The translations under genes and the position numbers were made by a program. Under the pieces are notes generated by a model. That model searched no databases. It was not told where the DNA came from and worked only from the letters and a program-made list of their open reading frames with translations. Below, piece by piece: positions 39,508-48,212 of a stretch of 64,000 nucleotides of DNA; position 1 is the first letter of the stretch, and the number at the start of each line of letters is the position of its first letter. The stretch is taken from contig CAZOVJ010000001.1 of NCBI GenBank assembly GCA_964583685.1, forward strand, positions 132,033 to 196,032, written 5' to 3'. The stretch is from an uncultured Gammaproteobacteria bacterium. GTDB taxonomy: Bacteria > Patescibacteriota > Microgenomatia > UBA8517.

Positions 39508-40002
39508 ATGCTAAAAAAGATAAAGGGCTTCAGTCTTTTGGAAGTATTAGTTGTCTTAAGTATTTTTGCTATCTTGGCGGTTGTCGCTACTCAATTTATT
39601 TTTTTAACTCTTAGGGCCTCGAGAAAATCTGATGTAAGTAGCCGGGTAAGAGAAAATGTAGATTTTGCTCTAGCCACTATGGAGCGTCAACTCCATAATG
39701 CAACAGAGATTTCACCTTGTCCCAATCCAGATTCATTGGTAATTAATTTTAAAGGCCAGACTGGAGTTGATACCTCTTTTTCTTGTTTGAATATGTCTGA
39801 AGATGGCTATGTAGCTTCTTCTTCTGCCCGACTTACAAGTGACAAAATTGTTATTACCTCCTGTTCTTTTGAGTGTGTTCCAGGGGAAGGAGGTGTGCCT
39901 GCATCAGTAACAATAAGCCTGGGTGCCCGGGATGCAACTGCTCAAAAAGCAGAACAGTCAAGGATTAGCATTTCAACTAAGGTGTTTTTGAGAACTTATT
40001 GA
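39508..40002 (+). CDS. Minor pilin (PilW/GspJ-like)
   Basis: MLKKIKG|FSLLEVLVVLSIFAILAV. Confidence 0.55.
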   Translation: MLKKIKGFSLLEVLVVLSIFAILAVVATQFIFLTLRASRKSDVSSRVRENVDFALATMERQLHNATEISPCPNPDSLVINFKGQTGVDTSFSCLNMSEDGYVASSSARLTSDKIVITSCSFECVPGEGGVPASVTISLGARDATAQKAEQSRISISTKVFLRTY

Positions 40003-40034
40003 CGCTGTTGAAAAGCGTTGTTAAACTGGATTAT

Positions 40035-40901
40035 ATGAAAAAACTGCCTCAGAGTTCTTCTCCCGGCCAAGTTTTATTAATAGTTCTTCTTACTATGGTT
40101 GTTGTTTTAACAATTGGCTTATCTATTCTTTCGGCTTCTATTACTGATATTGCCATTACTTCTCGAGAAGAGGAGGCGTTGAGGGCATTTTCTGCAGCCG
40201 AGGCGGGGATTGAGAAAGTTCTAATTGCTGGTTTCCCTTTAAGTGGTGAGTTTCAGGATGCTTCCTTTAATGCTCAGGTTACAAATATTGCGGAAGGTTC
40301 GAAAACCTTCATTTATCCCCAAAATGTTAGTGCTGGAGACACGGCCACAGTTTGGTTCGTTGCCCACGACACTGACGAATCCCTTATTTGTAGTGTGGAG
40401 TATCCCTGTTTCACTGGTAATCAGATGAGAATTTGTTGGGCCAAAGAGGGAACAGCCAGTGACCAAGCGACGACTCCTGCGATTGAAGTTTCCATTTGGT
40501 ATACGGAGACTGCTGGAGATTACTCAACCACGAAAATCGCCAGAGAAGCGATTGACCCGAATGTTACCAGGCGAGTAGTCAATTCCTTTTCTGCTCCAAC
40601 ACCCGGTGATTGCAGTATTGATGGGAACAATTTTGCTTTTCAGAAAATAATTGATTTTTCTTCTTTAAATGGCCTGCAATTTGCTCACATAAAATTTATT
40701 TACAATACTGATATTGCTCAATCTCTAGGAACGGACGTGAATTTTGACGATAACGAATTTCTTCCTTCACAGGGCAAGAGAATTGAATCAATTGGAACAG
40801 CTGGTGAGGCAGCCAGGAAAGTTGAAGTTTACAGGCTTTTTTCAGCTTTACCAGCCATTTTTGATTTCGGAGTTTTTACACCAATGGGAATAAGTAAATG
40901 A
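40035..40901 (+). CDS. PilX/GspK-like pilus tip protein
   Basis: PilX_N-like segment QVLLIVLLTMVVVLTIGLSILSAS...AEAGIEKV. Confidence 0.5.
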   Translation: MKKLPQSSSPGQVLLIVLLTMVVVLTIGLSILSASITDIAITSREEEALRAFSAAEAGIEKVLIAGFPLSGEFQDASFNAQVTNIAEGSKTFIYPQNVSAGDTATVWFVAHDTDESLICSVEYPCFTGNQMRICWAKEGTASDQATTPAIEVSIWYTETAGDYSTTKIAREAIDPNVTRRVVNSFSAPTPGDCSIDGNNFAFQKIIDFSSLNGLQFAHIKFIYNTDIAQSLGTDVNFDDNEFLPSQGKRIESIGTAGEAARKVEVYRLFSALPAIFDFGVFTPMGISK

Positions 40902-41914
40902 GTGTTGGTTTAGATATTGGTTCTAAAACAATCAAGATAGTTGAATTAGAGCGAGCCGCTAATAAATTTAGTCTCAAGGCGGCTGGCGTGGTTGGTTATA
41001 AAGGTAACACCCCAGAACACTTACAAGAGAAAAAGGGATACGCTTCTTTAAGCGAAGTGATTAAAAAGCTTTTCAAGGATACAAAGATTTCTTCCAAAAA
41101 TGTGGTTATTTCTTTGCCCGAAGCTCAAGTCTTTTCTCGAGTGATTAGTTTTCCCCTTTTGACTGACCGCGAGATTGTTTCCGCTGTTAAATGGGAAGCC
41201 GAACAGTACATCCCCATTCCCTTAAAAGAAGCCATTGTTCAACACAAAATTTTAGAAAGAAAGGAAAATACTACTCCTCCCTCTGTTTCCGTTCTTTTGG
41301 TTGCTGCCCCGAGAGTTTTGGTTGAGAAGTTTATTAAGGTGATTGGTATGGCTGGTTTAAATTGCCAGGCCGCTGAAACGGAACTGATGTCTTTGGTGCG
41401 TTCTTTAGCTCCTCCCCAAGAAACTGTTCTCCTCTTAGATTTTGGTGCCCGTTCCACAGGTTTGGCAATTGCTAAAAACGGACAATTGTCCTTTTCCCGT
41501 TCAATCCCAACTGCTGGAGAGGCCTTTACTCGAGCAGTTGCCCAATCTTTGGAAGTGAATCCAGAACGGGCAGAAGAGTATAAGCGTACTTATGGCTTAT
41601 CTGCTACACAGTTAGAAGGTAAGGTTGGGCATGCCCTTGACCCAGTTTTTAGGGTAGTGGCAGAGGAGATTAAGAAAGCAATTCATTTTTATCAATCAGA
41701 GGAGAAAGGAGGGGCTCCTACTTCTTTGGTTCTCTCAGGAGGTAGTTCGGGGATGCTTGAAGCCAGCGCTCGTTTAACAAAGCTTTTGGGAATAGAGGTG
41801 ATAGTAGGCAACCCTTTTTCCAAGATTAATATAGATGCTTCTATGGCAAAGAGTTTGGCAAATTTTGCTCCACTTTATGCCATCGCAATTGGCCTGGCGA
41901 TGAGAGGAGATTAA
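40898..41914 (+). CDS. pilM: Type IV pilus assembly protein PilM (actin-like ATPase)
   Basis: MSVGLDIGSKTIKIVEL and actin-fold phosphate motifs (DFGARSTGLAI, LSGGSS). Confidence 0.8.
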   Translation: MSVGLDIGSKTIKIVELERAANKFSLKAAGVVGYKGNTPEHLQEKKGYASLSEVIKKLFKDTKISSKNVVISLPEAQVFSRVISFPLLTDREIVSAVKWEAEQYIPIPLKEAIVQHKILERKENTTPPSVSVLLVAAPRVLVEKFIKVIGMAGLNCQAAETELMSLVRSLAPPQETVLLLDFGARSTGLAIAKNGQLSFSRSIPTAGEAFTRAVAQSLEVNPERAEEYKRTYGLSATQLEGKVGHALDPVFRVVAEEIKKAIHFYQSEEKGGAPTSLVLSGGSSGMLEASARLTKLLGIEVIVGNPFSKINIDASMAKSLANFAPLYAIAIGLAMRGD

Positions 41915-41915
41915 T

Positions 41916-42443
41916 ATGCCGGAAAAAATCAACCTTCTGCCAATAGAACTTAGTGCTAAGGGCAATATAGCCAAGACGGCCACTCTTTTAAAAAAATTAG
42001 CTATAGCCGGGAGTTTACTCTTCTTAGTTTTAGGAGGACTTGCCGTAATTTACATTGTTTTTATTTCAATTCAAGTTAAATCCTTGGAGCAAAGTCAGAA
42101 GGGACTTAAGACCAATATTCAGAGGCTGGAACAAACAGAACAGGAATTCTTTTTGATTAAGGATAGGGTCCAAAAGGCCGATAGTATTCTTGCTCGTCAG
42201 GAGACAATAGAGGGCCTTGGGAAATTGAATGAGGTGATTTTAAATCTTCCCCCGGAAACTTTCTTGAGCGAAAGCGAGATAAGCGAAGATAAATCTAAGC
42301 TTACTTTTATGACTAAAAAATCTTCTAGTCTAGTTACTGTATTGGGTTTTTTAGCAACAGGAGATATTTATGAGAAACTTATTCTCAAAAATTTTAGCTA
42401 CAACCCGGTGAGCGGATTTTTAGTAAGAGTGGAAACCTTTTAA
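41916..42443 (+). CDS. pilN: PilN-like protein
   Basis: N-terminal INLLP motif followed by a single TM helix. Confidence 0.55.
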   Translation: MPEKINLLPIELSAKGNIAKTATLLKKLAIAGSLLFLVLGGLAVIYIVFISIQVKSLEQSQKGLKTNIQRLEQTEQEFFLIKDRVQKADSILARQETIEGLGKLNEVILNLPPETFLSESEISEDKSKLTFMTKKSSSLVTVLGFLATGDIYEKLILKNFSYNPVSGFLVRVETF

Positions 42444-42444
42444 T

Positions 42445-43125
42445 ATGAAATGGAATAAATCATCTTTGAAAATTTTAATGATACCTCTTCTTTCTTGTCT
42501 AGGTCTTCTCTTACTATCTTTTTTTGGAGGTAAATTGCTTGTCAAGCGGGTTCAGACATTAAGTAATAAATTATCTACTTCCAAAAAGAATGAAAGAGTT
42601 TTAGGACAGAATTTAATATTACTTCAAGAATTTAGCGGTCAGGCGTTATTTCTTTCTGGCAGTGCGGCTATTGCCCTACCGGCAAAGAATTCGGCTCTTT
42701 TGACCATCTCTCAGTTTAAAAAAGAAGCGAATAGTCAAGATGTGATATTAGATAATCTTAAGGTCAGCTCAGAAGTTAAAGACAAGCCGAAAACGATATC
42801 ACGTGTTGATATCAAGTTTGATGTTGAAGGTACCCTTAATTCCTTGATAAACTTTCTGATGGCCGTTAAGCAAGGTGCTCCATTAACTAGGATAAAGAAG
42901 ATTCACCTGAGTTATTATGGAGAAAAAGCCCGTGCTTCGGTTGGACTTTCTTCTTTTTGGTCTAGCTACCCCACAATGTTGCCAACCTTAAGTCAACCTT
43001 TAGTTGAATTGTCAACCAGAGAAAGAGAGGTTTTATCCATTCTTTCAAGTTTAAACCCTCCCCTTTTTCGGGAAGTTACTCCTTCCCCTCCTTCTGTTCG
43101 CTCCAACCCCTTTTCTTTTCAATAA
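42445..43125 (+). CDS. PilO-like protein
   Basis: Single N-terminal TM plus coiled coil, in the position after pilN. Sequence-weak. Confidence 0.45.
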   Translation: MKWNKSSLKILMIPLLSCLGLLLLSFFGGKLLVKRVQTLSNKLSTSKKNERVLGQNLILLQEFSGQALFLSGSAAIALPAKNSALLTISQFKKEANSQDVILDNLKVSSEVKDKPKTISRVDIKFDVEGTLNSLINFLMAVKQGAPLTRIKKIHLSYYGEKARASVGLSSFWSSYPTMLPTLSQPLVELSTREREVLSILSSLNPPLFREVTPSPPSVRSNPFSFQ

Positions 43126-43132
43126 CTTGTAG

Positions 43133-43363
43133 CTATTTCTCGTTAACCGAGATGTTCACGGATTTATTTTCTAAAACAGCCCGTACGCTAATAATTTTTC
43201 TGATGTTTTTAATTGTTCTTCCTTGTTTGCCGATTATCAAGCCGATAATTTTAGGGTTTGCTTTAACCTCAAAGGTTATTATTCTTCCTTCGATTTTTTT
43301 ACTTATTTCAAAATCATCACTACCGGTGATGTTTTCAATTAAAAATTGTAGTAATTTTTTCAT
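43133..43363 (-). CDS. KH-domain RNA-binding protein (UPF0109/YlqC)
   Basis: GLIIGKQGRTIKNIRKI is a KH GxxG loop. Lies downstream of rpsP as in many bacteria. Confidence 0.7.
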   Translation of the reverse strand: MKKLLQFLIENITGSDDFEISKKIEGRIITFEVKANPKIIGLIIGKQGRTIKNIRKIISVRAVLENKSVNISVNEK

Positions 43364-43578
43364 TGCATCAATTCCCTGACTGCTTTAGTCGGTTGGGCAC
43401 CGAGAGCAATCCATCTCTCTATTTCTTTTTTATTAATTTTCTTAATTTTTTTAGTCGGATACCAATAGCCTACTCTGGCCAGAGATTTTCCCTTATTTTT
43501 TCGTTTTGCCTCAATGACCACAATTCGGTAAAAGGGATTATTTTTTCTACCAAATCTAGCCAGTCTGATTTTGAGCAT
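43360..43578 (-). CDS. rpsP: 30S ribosomal protein S16
   Basis: MLKIRLARFGRKNNPFYRIVV. Confidence 0.85.
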   Translation of the reverse strand: MLKIRLARFGRKNNPFYRIVVIEAKRKNKGKSLARVGYWYPTKKIKKINKKEIERWIALGAQPTKAVRELMQ

Positions 43579-43587
43579 GAAAGTAGT

Positions 43588-44265
43588 TTATCTTTCTTGA
43601 GATATTTTTACAAGAGCGGCTGCGGCCGCTTTCTTCTCCGCATCACTTTTATTTTTACCGCTTTCCTTACCCAGGATTTGATTATGGACCCATACTTCGA
43701 CAACAAATTTTTTTAGATGGTCCGGGCCAGTCTGGCTGACTACCTTATAATTTGGGGCTGGGAGGCCTTTTGCCTGGACTTCTTCTTGTAATCTACTTTT
43801 TGGGTCCTTAAGCGGTTTAGCTAGTTTTTCAGATAAATCTGAGAGAAGATTATCACAGATGAATTTAAGGGTTTTTTTTGCTCCCTGGTCAAGATAGAGG
43901 GCACCGATTATTGCCTCAACGGTATCGGCTAAAATAGATGGATTTTTTCTTCCTTCCTCTTCTTCCTCACCCTTTGAAAGAAAAAGTGCCTGGCCTAAAT
44001 TCTTTTTTTTGGCAAATGCTGACAGATTAACTGTATTAACCAGATTAGCCCGAAGAGCTGTTAGATAGCCCTCATCTTTATTGGGAAACCTTTTGAAGAG
44101 TTCGTAAGAGACCATTAGTTCCAAAACAGCATCGCCGAGAAATTCTAATCTTTCGTTAGATTGCCTGATACCCTGATGTTCGTTCACCCAAGATTTATGG
44201 GTTAGAGCCTGGTCAAGGAGGCCTTTGTTTTTGAAATTTTTCCTTAATTGGTTAATGATTGTCAT
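43588..44265 (-). CDS. rnc: Ribonuclease III
   Basis: RNase III signature [13 protein letters not shown] plus a C-terminal dsRBD. Confidence 0.85.
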   Translation of the reverse strand: MTIINQLRKNFKNKGLLDQALTHKSWVNEHQGIRQSNERLEFLGDAVLELMVSYELFKRFPNKDEGYLTALRANLVNTVNLSAFAKKKNLGQALFLSKGEEEEEGRKNPSILADTVEAIIGALYLDQGAKKTLKFICDNLLSDLSEKLAKPLKDPKSRLQEEVQAKGLPAPNYKVVSQTGPDHLKKFVVEVWVHNQILGKESGKNKSDAEKKAAAAALVKISQER

Positions 44266-44630
44266 TTTTTTCTGTTTCTAGTTGGCAATTTTTTAAGTAT
44301 AGTTCCTAAAACTCCATTGATAAAAGAAGCAGAATTTTCGCTACCGAATTCTTTTGCCAATTCTACTGCTTCATCAATAATTACCTTAGAGGGTACGAGA
44401 TTTTCTTTTAGTTCATATACAGCCAACCTGAGAATGGACAAATCAACCTTGTTTAGTTTGTCAATCGGCCAAGTTGGAGCTGCCTTTTGAATTTCTGGGT
44501 CAATGATTTTTCTTTTTTTTGTAATCTTGCGGACTAAAGGTGATACTTCTTGGTCGATAAAGGTGATTGCGAAGAGCTGTTTAACTAGTTTCTGTCTTTT
44601 CTTGTGTCTGGGATCATGGGCGGACTTCAT
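44262..44630 (-). CDS. nusB: Transcription antitermination factor NusB
   Basis: NusB-like helices and conserved C-terminus ([24 protein letters not shown]). The start was moved to Met14 so it no longer overlaps rpmF. Confidence 0.7.
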   Translation of the reverse strand: MKSAHDPRHKKRQKLVKQLFAITFIDQEVSPLVRKITKKRKIIDPEIQKAAPTWPIDKLNKVDLSILRLAVYELKENLVPSKVIIDEAVELAKEFGSENSASFINGVLGTILKKLPTRNRKK

Positions 44631-44631
44631 C

Positions 44632-44805
44632 TTATTTAACTGGATCTTTTTTAATCCGGTAATTTCCACAGTGAGGACAAACGGTGTGGGGAAATTTTAA
44701 TTCTCCACAAGAAGGACACTTCACTAATCTCGGCAAAGATGTTTTTTTGCTCTTTCTTCTCTTATTGCTTCTGGATCGAGTTTGTTTTTTCTTGGGAACG
44801 CCCAT
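44632..44805 (-). CDS. rpmF: 50S ribosomal protein L32
   Basis: Not in the ORF track (57 aa). Minus-strand translation gives [57 protein letters not shown], with the L32 N-terminus and a CxxC...CxxC zinc ribbon. Confidence 0.75.
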   Translation of the reverse strand: MGVPKKKQTRSRSNKRRKSKKTSLPRLVKCPSCGELKFPHTVCPHCGNYRIKKDPVK

Positions 44806-44851
44806 ACATTCATTATTTTATCTCGAAATTTCCTCTAAGGCAAATCTGCGT

Positions 44852-46876
44852 CTAGTTGGCGACGACATGTTTTCTTTCAAACTTTTTCAAAAGTAATCTA
44901 TATTTTTCCGGGTTTTTAATCGCTTTTTCTGCAATTTCCTTACTCTTTTTAAGCAAATCAAAATCTTGCCAAGAGGCGGTTTTTAATTCTGGAAAACCGT
45001 GTTGTCTTGTACCAAATACTTCCCCGGGTCCTCTCAGTTTTAAATCGAGCTCAGCCAGTTCAAAGCCGGATATGGATTTTTTTAATGCATTTAGTCTACT
45101 TTGTACTTTTCGCGATTTACTTTCAGTAAAGAAAAGGCAATAGGATTTTTTAAATCCCCTACCTACCCTGCCCCTTAATTGATGTAATTGAGCAAGCCCG
45201 AAACGCTCAGCTGCCTCGACAACCATTATGGTTGCATTTGGCACGTCAATACCTACCTCTACCACAGGGGTTGAAACAAGAAGGTCAATCTTCCCTTTTT
45301 TGAATTTGTCGAGTTCTTTGTTTTTGATTTGTGGTTTTTGTCTTCCGTGGAGTAACCCGATATTTAGGTCTGGGAAAACCTTAATAAGTCGCTCATATTC
45401 ACTGGTTGCCGCTTTTACCTGTTGCATGGTTTCTTTTTTACTTTCCTCAATTAAGGGACAGATTACAAAAACTTGCATCTTATCCTTTTTAATTTGTTTT
45501 TCAATCCAATTGTAGGCTTTATCATGTTTTTGGGGAGGTACGACCCAAGTAGTTATTGGTTTTCTACCCTTTGGTAATTCATCTAAAGTTGATAAGTCCA
45601 AATCTCCATAAAAAGTTAGAGCGACGGTTCTGGGAATTGGTGTTGCTGTCATGGTAAAGACATGGGGCGCGGATTTCTTTAGGCCGGCTTTTTTGATTAA
45701 AGAGCCTCTTTGTTTAACCCCAAACCTTTGTTGTTCATCGATGACCACGACTGCAACCTTATCAAAACTTACCTTTTTATAAATGAGAGCATGGGTACCC
45801 ACAAAAATATCATTTCTTCCCAGATCAGCCTTAGTTCCTAAAGAGGTTACCAGACAAATACGCACTTTAAAAGATTGAAGTAGTTGATTTAGTGTATTGA
45901 AGTGCTGCTCGGCCAAAATTTGAGTAGGTGCCATCAATACTGTTTGATATCCATTTAGAAAAGATATAAAGGCGGCAAGCGTAGCCACTACCGTTTTCCC
46001 TGAGCCGACATCTCCTTCTAGAAGTCTATTCATGGGAACTTGTTTTTTGAGATCTTTGAGTAGTTCTTGGCAAGACCTTTTCTGGGAAGATGTTAATTCA
46101 AAGGGGAGACTTTTGGCAAACTTAGCCACATCTTTTTTATCAAAACTAAGCCTGTGAATTGGCTCGTTTTTTTGCCACTCAAGCTTTCTGTGGACATTAG
46201 CCAGCTGCAAGAATAAAAGTTCATCAAAGGCAAGTCTCTTTTTGCCGAGTTTTGCCACTCCGTGGTTTTTCGGGAAATGGACTGCTTTAATTGAGGGAAC
46301 AAGCTCAGGTAGAGATAGGTTTTTTAAGACAGAAGTCGGTAGGAATTCATTAATTGATTCCTTAGTTTGCCAAAAAGCATTGTTTATTCTTGCTCTCAAC
46401 CATTTGGATGAAATGCCCGCTGTTTCTGGATAGATGGCAATAAGATGCCCGGTATGAACAGTCCTTTTGCCTGGTAAAAGTTTCTCATACTCGGGCGAAA
46501 TTAGCGCTTTTTTGCCATTCCACCAATCAATCTTACCTGCCAGAGAAACTTGAGAACCAGGGGTGAGTGTTCTTATCAGATAGGGTTGATTGAACCAAAC
46601 AACATTAATTTGTCCGCTCGCGTCAGAAATCTGGGCTAATTGAATTTTTTTAGCCTTTTTTGTGTAGAGGTTTTTAACGGAGACAATTTGGCCTTTTATG
46701 GTAATGGTTTCGCCTAGTTGCACCTTGCCAATTTCTGACATCAATCTAAAGTCTAGATAACGGCTTGGTACATGAAGGAGTAAATCCTCTACGGTCTGTA
46801 TATCAAGTTTTTTGAGCCTTTTAACATAAATCGGTCCGACAAAAGGAAGTTTACTGACATAAGACCTTGGGTTCAT
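44852..46876 (-). CDS. recG: ATP-dependent DNA helicase RecG
   Basis: Wedge domain and SF2 helicase motifs (LLEGDVGSGKT, DEQQRFG, TATPIPRT). Confidence 0.85.
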   Translation of the reverse strand: MNPRSYVSKLPFVGPIYVKRLKKLDIQTVEDLLLHVPSRYLDFRLMSEIGKVQLGETITIKGQIVSVKNLYTKKAKKIQLAQISDASGQINVVWFNQPYLIRTLTPGSQVSLAGKIDWWNGKKALISPEYEKLLPGKRTVHTGHLIAIYPETAGISSKWLRARINNAFWQTKESINEFLPTSVLKNLSLPELVPSIKAVHFPKNHGVAKLGKKRLAFDELLFLQLANVHRKLEWQKNEPIHRLSFDKKDVAKFAKSLPFELTSSQKRSCQELLKDLKKQVPMNRLLEGDVGSGKTVVATLAAFISFLNGYQTVLMAPTQILAEQHFNTLNQLLQSFKVRICLVTSLGTKADLGRNDIFVGTHALIYKKVSFDKVAVVVIDEQQRFGVKQRGSLIKKAGLKKSAPHVFTMTATPIPRTVALTFYGDLDLSTLDELPKGRKPITTWVVPPQKHDKAYNWIEKQIKKDKMQVFVICPLIEESKKETMQQVKAATSEYERLIKVFPDLNIGLLHGRQKPQIKNKELDKFKKGKIDLLVSTPVVEVGIDVPNATIMVVEAAERFGLAQLHQLRGRVGRGFKKSYCLFFTESKSRKVQSRLNALKKSISGFELAELDLKLRGPGEVFGTRQHGFPELKTASWQDFDLLKKSKEIAEKAIKNPEKYRLLLKKFERKHVVAN

Positions 46877-46985
46877 AAGCCGCCCAGGATGTAAGGGATG
46901 AAAGGCAAGAAGGTTGTTAGAAGAAGGGCGATACCAGCAATAATAATGACAATTGTAAAAATCCTTCGTTGTTTTTTGTTTAAAA

Positions 46986-48146
46986 TCATTTTTTGCCTCT
47001 TCTCGATGAAACTTGGATAAAGACTCTCTTGCCTATTTTGATGTTTTCTCCACCCTTTATTTTGTAGGCTGGGTTATAAATTGTTTTTTCATTTACATCC
47101 ACCGCTCCCTGTTCAATTAATCTTTTGGCCTGAGATTTACTCCCCACTGTCTCTAGTCCGGCAATTGTCTGGACTAGGCTGGGTTGGTAGCCTATTTTAA
47201 TTTTATATTCGGGAACCCTTTTTTGAAAAGTTTTTTCAAAATGGGCTTTTGCCGCTAAGGCCTTTTCTTTTGCCTGGATTTGTCGGACAACTTCGAATGC
47301 CAACCTCTTTTTAGCTGCAAGTGGTTTAAGAGATTTAGAAAGGTTTAATTCCAGGTTGGTTAGTAGTTCAATTCCAGGATCAATCAGGCTGTCTGGGAAG
47401 GCCATGATTTTACCAAAGATATCAATTGCCGAATCATTTAAATTAATGGCATTTTCTTCAGTTTTACCCATCTTTTTACCAGTTGGGTCCTCTAGGAGTT
47501 TCATGGCCAAGACATATTTCTCTTTTTTCTTCAATAGTTTCATCAGGATTCTTCCACTAAGCATGTTGAAAAGTTGATCATTGCCACCAATTTCAAGGTC
47601 TACTCCCATGACGACTGAATCATAAGCTTGCATTAAAGGATAGAGGAACTCGTGTAAATAGATTGGTTTTTCATTTTTAATTCTTTGTTGAAAGAAATCC
47701 CGCTCAAGCATCTGTTGAACAGTGGACTTTGCCGAGAGCTCGAGAACATCTTCAAAGCTTAGTTTAGAGAGCCATTGAGAATTAAAGAGGACTTCAGCCG
47801 GATTATCGCCATCAAATTTCAGTACCTTTTCAGCTTGAGATTGGTAATTTTTTGCATTTTTCAAAACCTGGCTTTTAGTCAATCTTTTGCGGGTGACCGT
47901 CTTGTCGCTTGGGTCGCCAATCATCCCGGTAAAATCTCCGATTAGGAAAATTACCTTATGGCCCAGTCCTTGAAATTCAGCTAACTTGCGCAGTCCAATC
48001 CAGTGGCCAAGATGTAAATTAGGGCTTGTAGGGTCGAAACCTTGGTAAAGGGTAATCTTTTTTTGGGATATCAAGTCAGCTAGTTTCTTTTTAGAGGGCA
48101 GAATATTTGCCACCCCCCTGGTCAAAACCCCATTGATCTTGTTCAT
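46986..48146 (-). CDS. tyrS: Tyrosyl-tRNA synthetase
   Basis: HIGH-type motif (PNLHLGHWIG), KMSKS-type motif (KMGKT), C-terminal S4 domain. Confidence 0.85.
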   Translation of the reverse strand: MNKINGVLTRGVANILPSKKKLADLISQKKITLYQGFDPTSPNLHLGHWIGLRKLAEFQGLGHKVIFLIGDFTGMIGDPSDKTVTRKRLTKSQVLKNAKNYQSQAEKVLKFDGDNPAEVLFNSQWLSKLSFEDVLELSAKSTVQQMLERDFFQQRIKNEKPIYLHEFLYPLMQAYDSVVMGVDLEIGGNDQLFNMLSGRILMKLLKKKEKYVLAMKLLEDPTGKKMGKTEENAINLNDSAIDIFGKIMAFPDSLIDPGIELLTNLELNLSKSLKPLAAKKRLAFEVVRQIQAKEKALAAKAHFEKTFQKRVPEYKIKIGYQPSLVQTIAGLETVGSKSQAKRLIEQGAVDVNEKTIYNPAYKIKGGENIKIGKRVFIQVSSRRGKK

Positions 48147-48212
48147 GCTTTTATTCTAGCGCAATTAACAGTGAAATAATATACTTGAATTGGTAAAATA
48201 AATTAATAAGTT

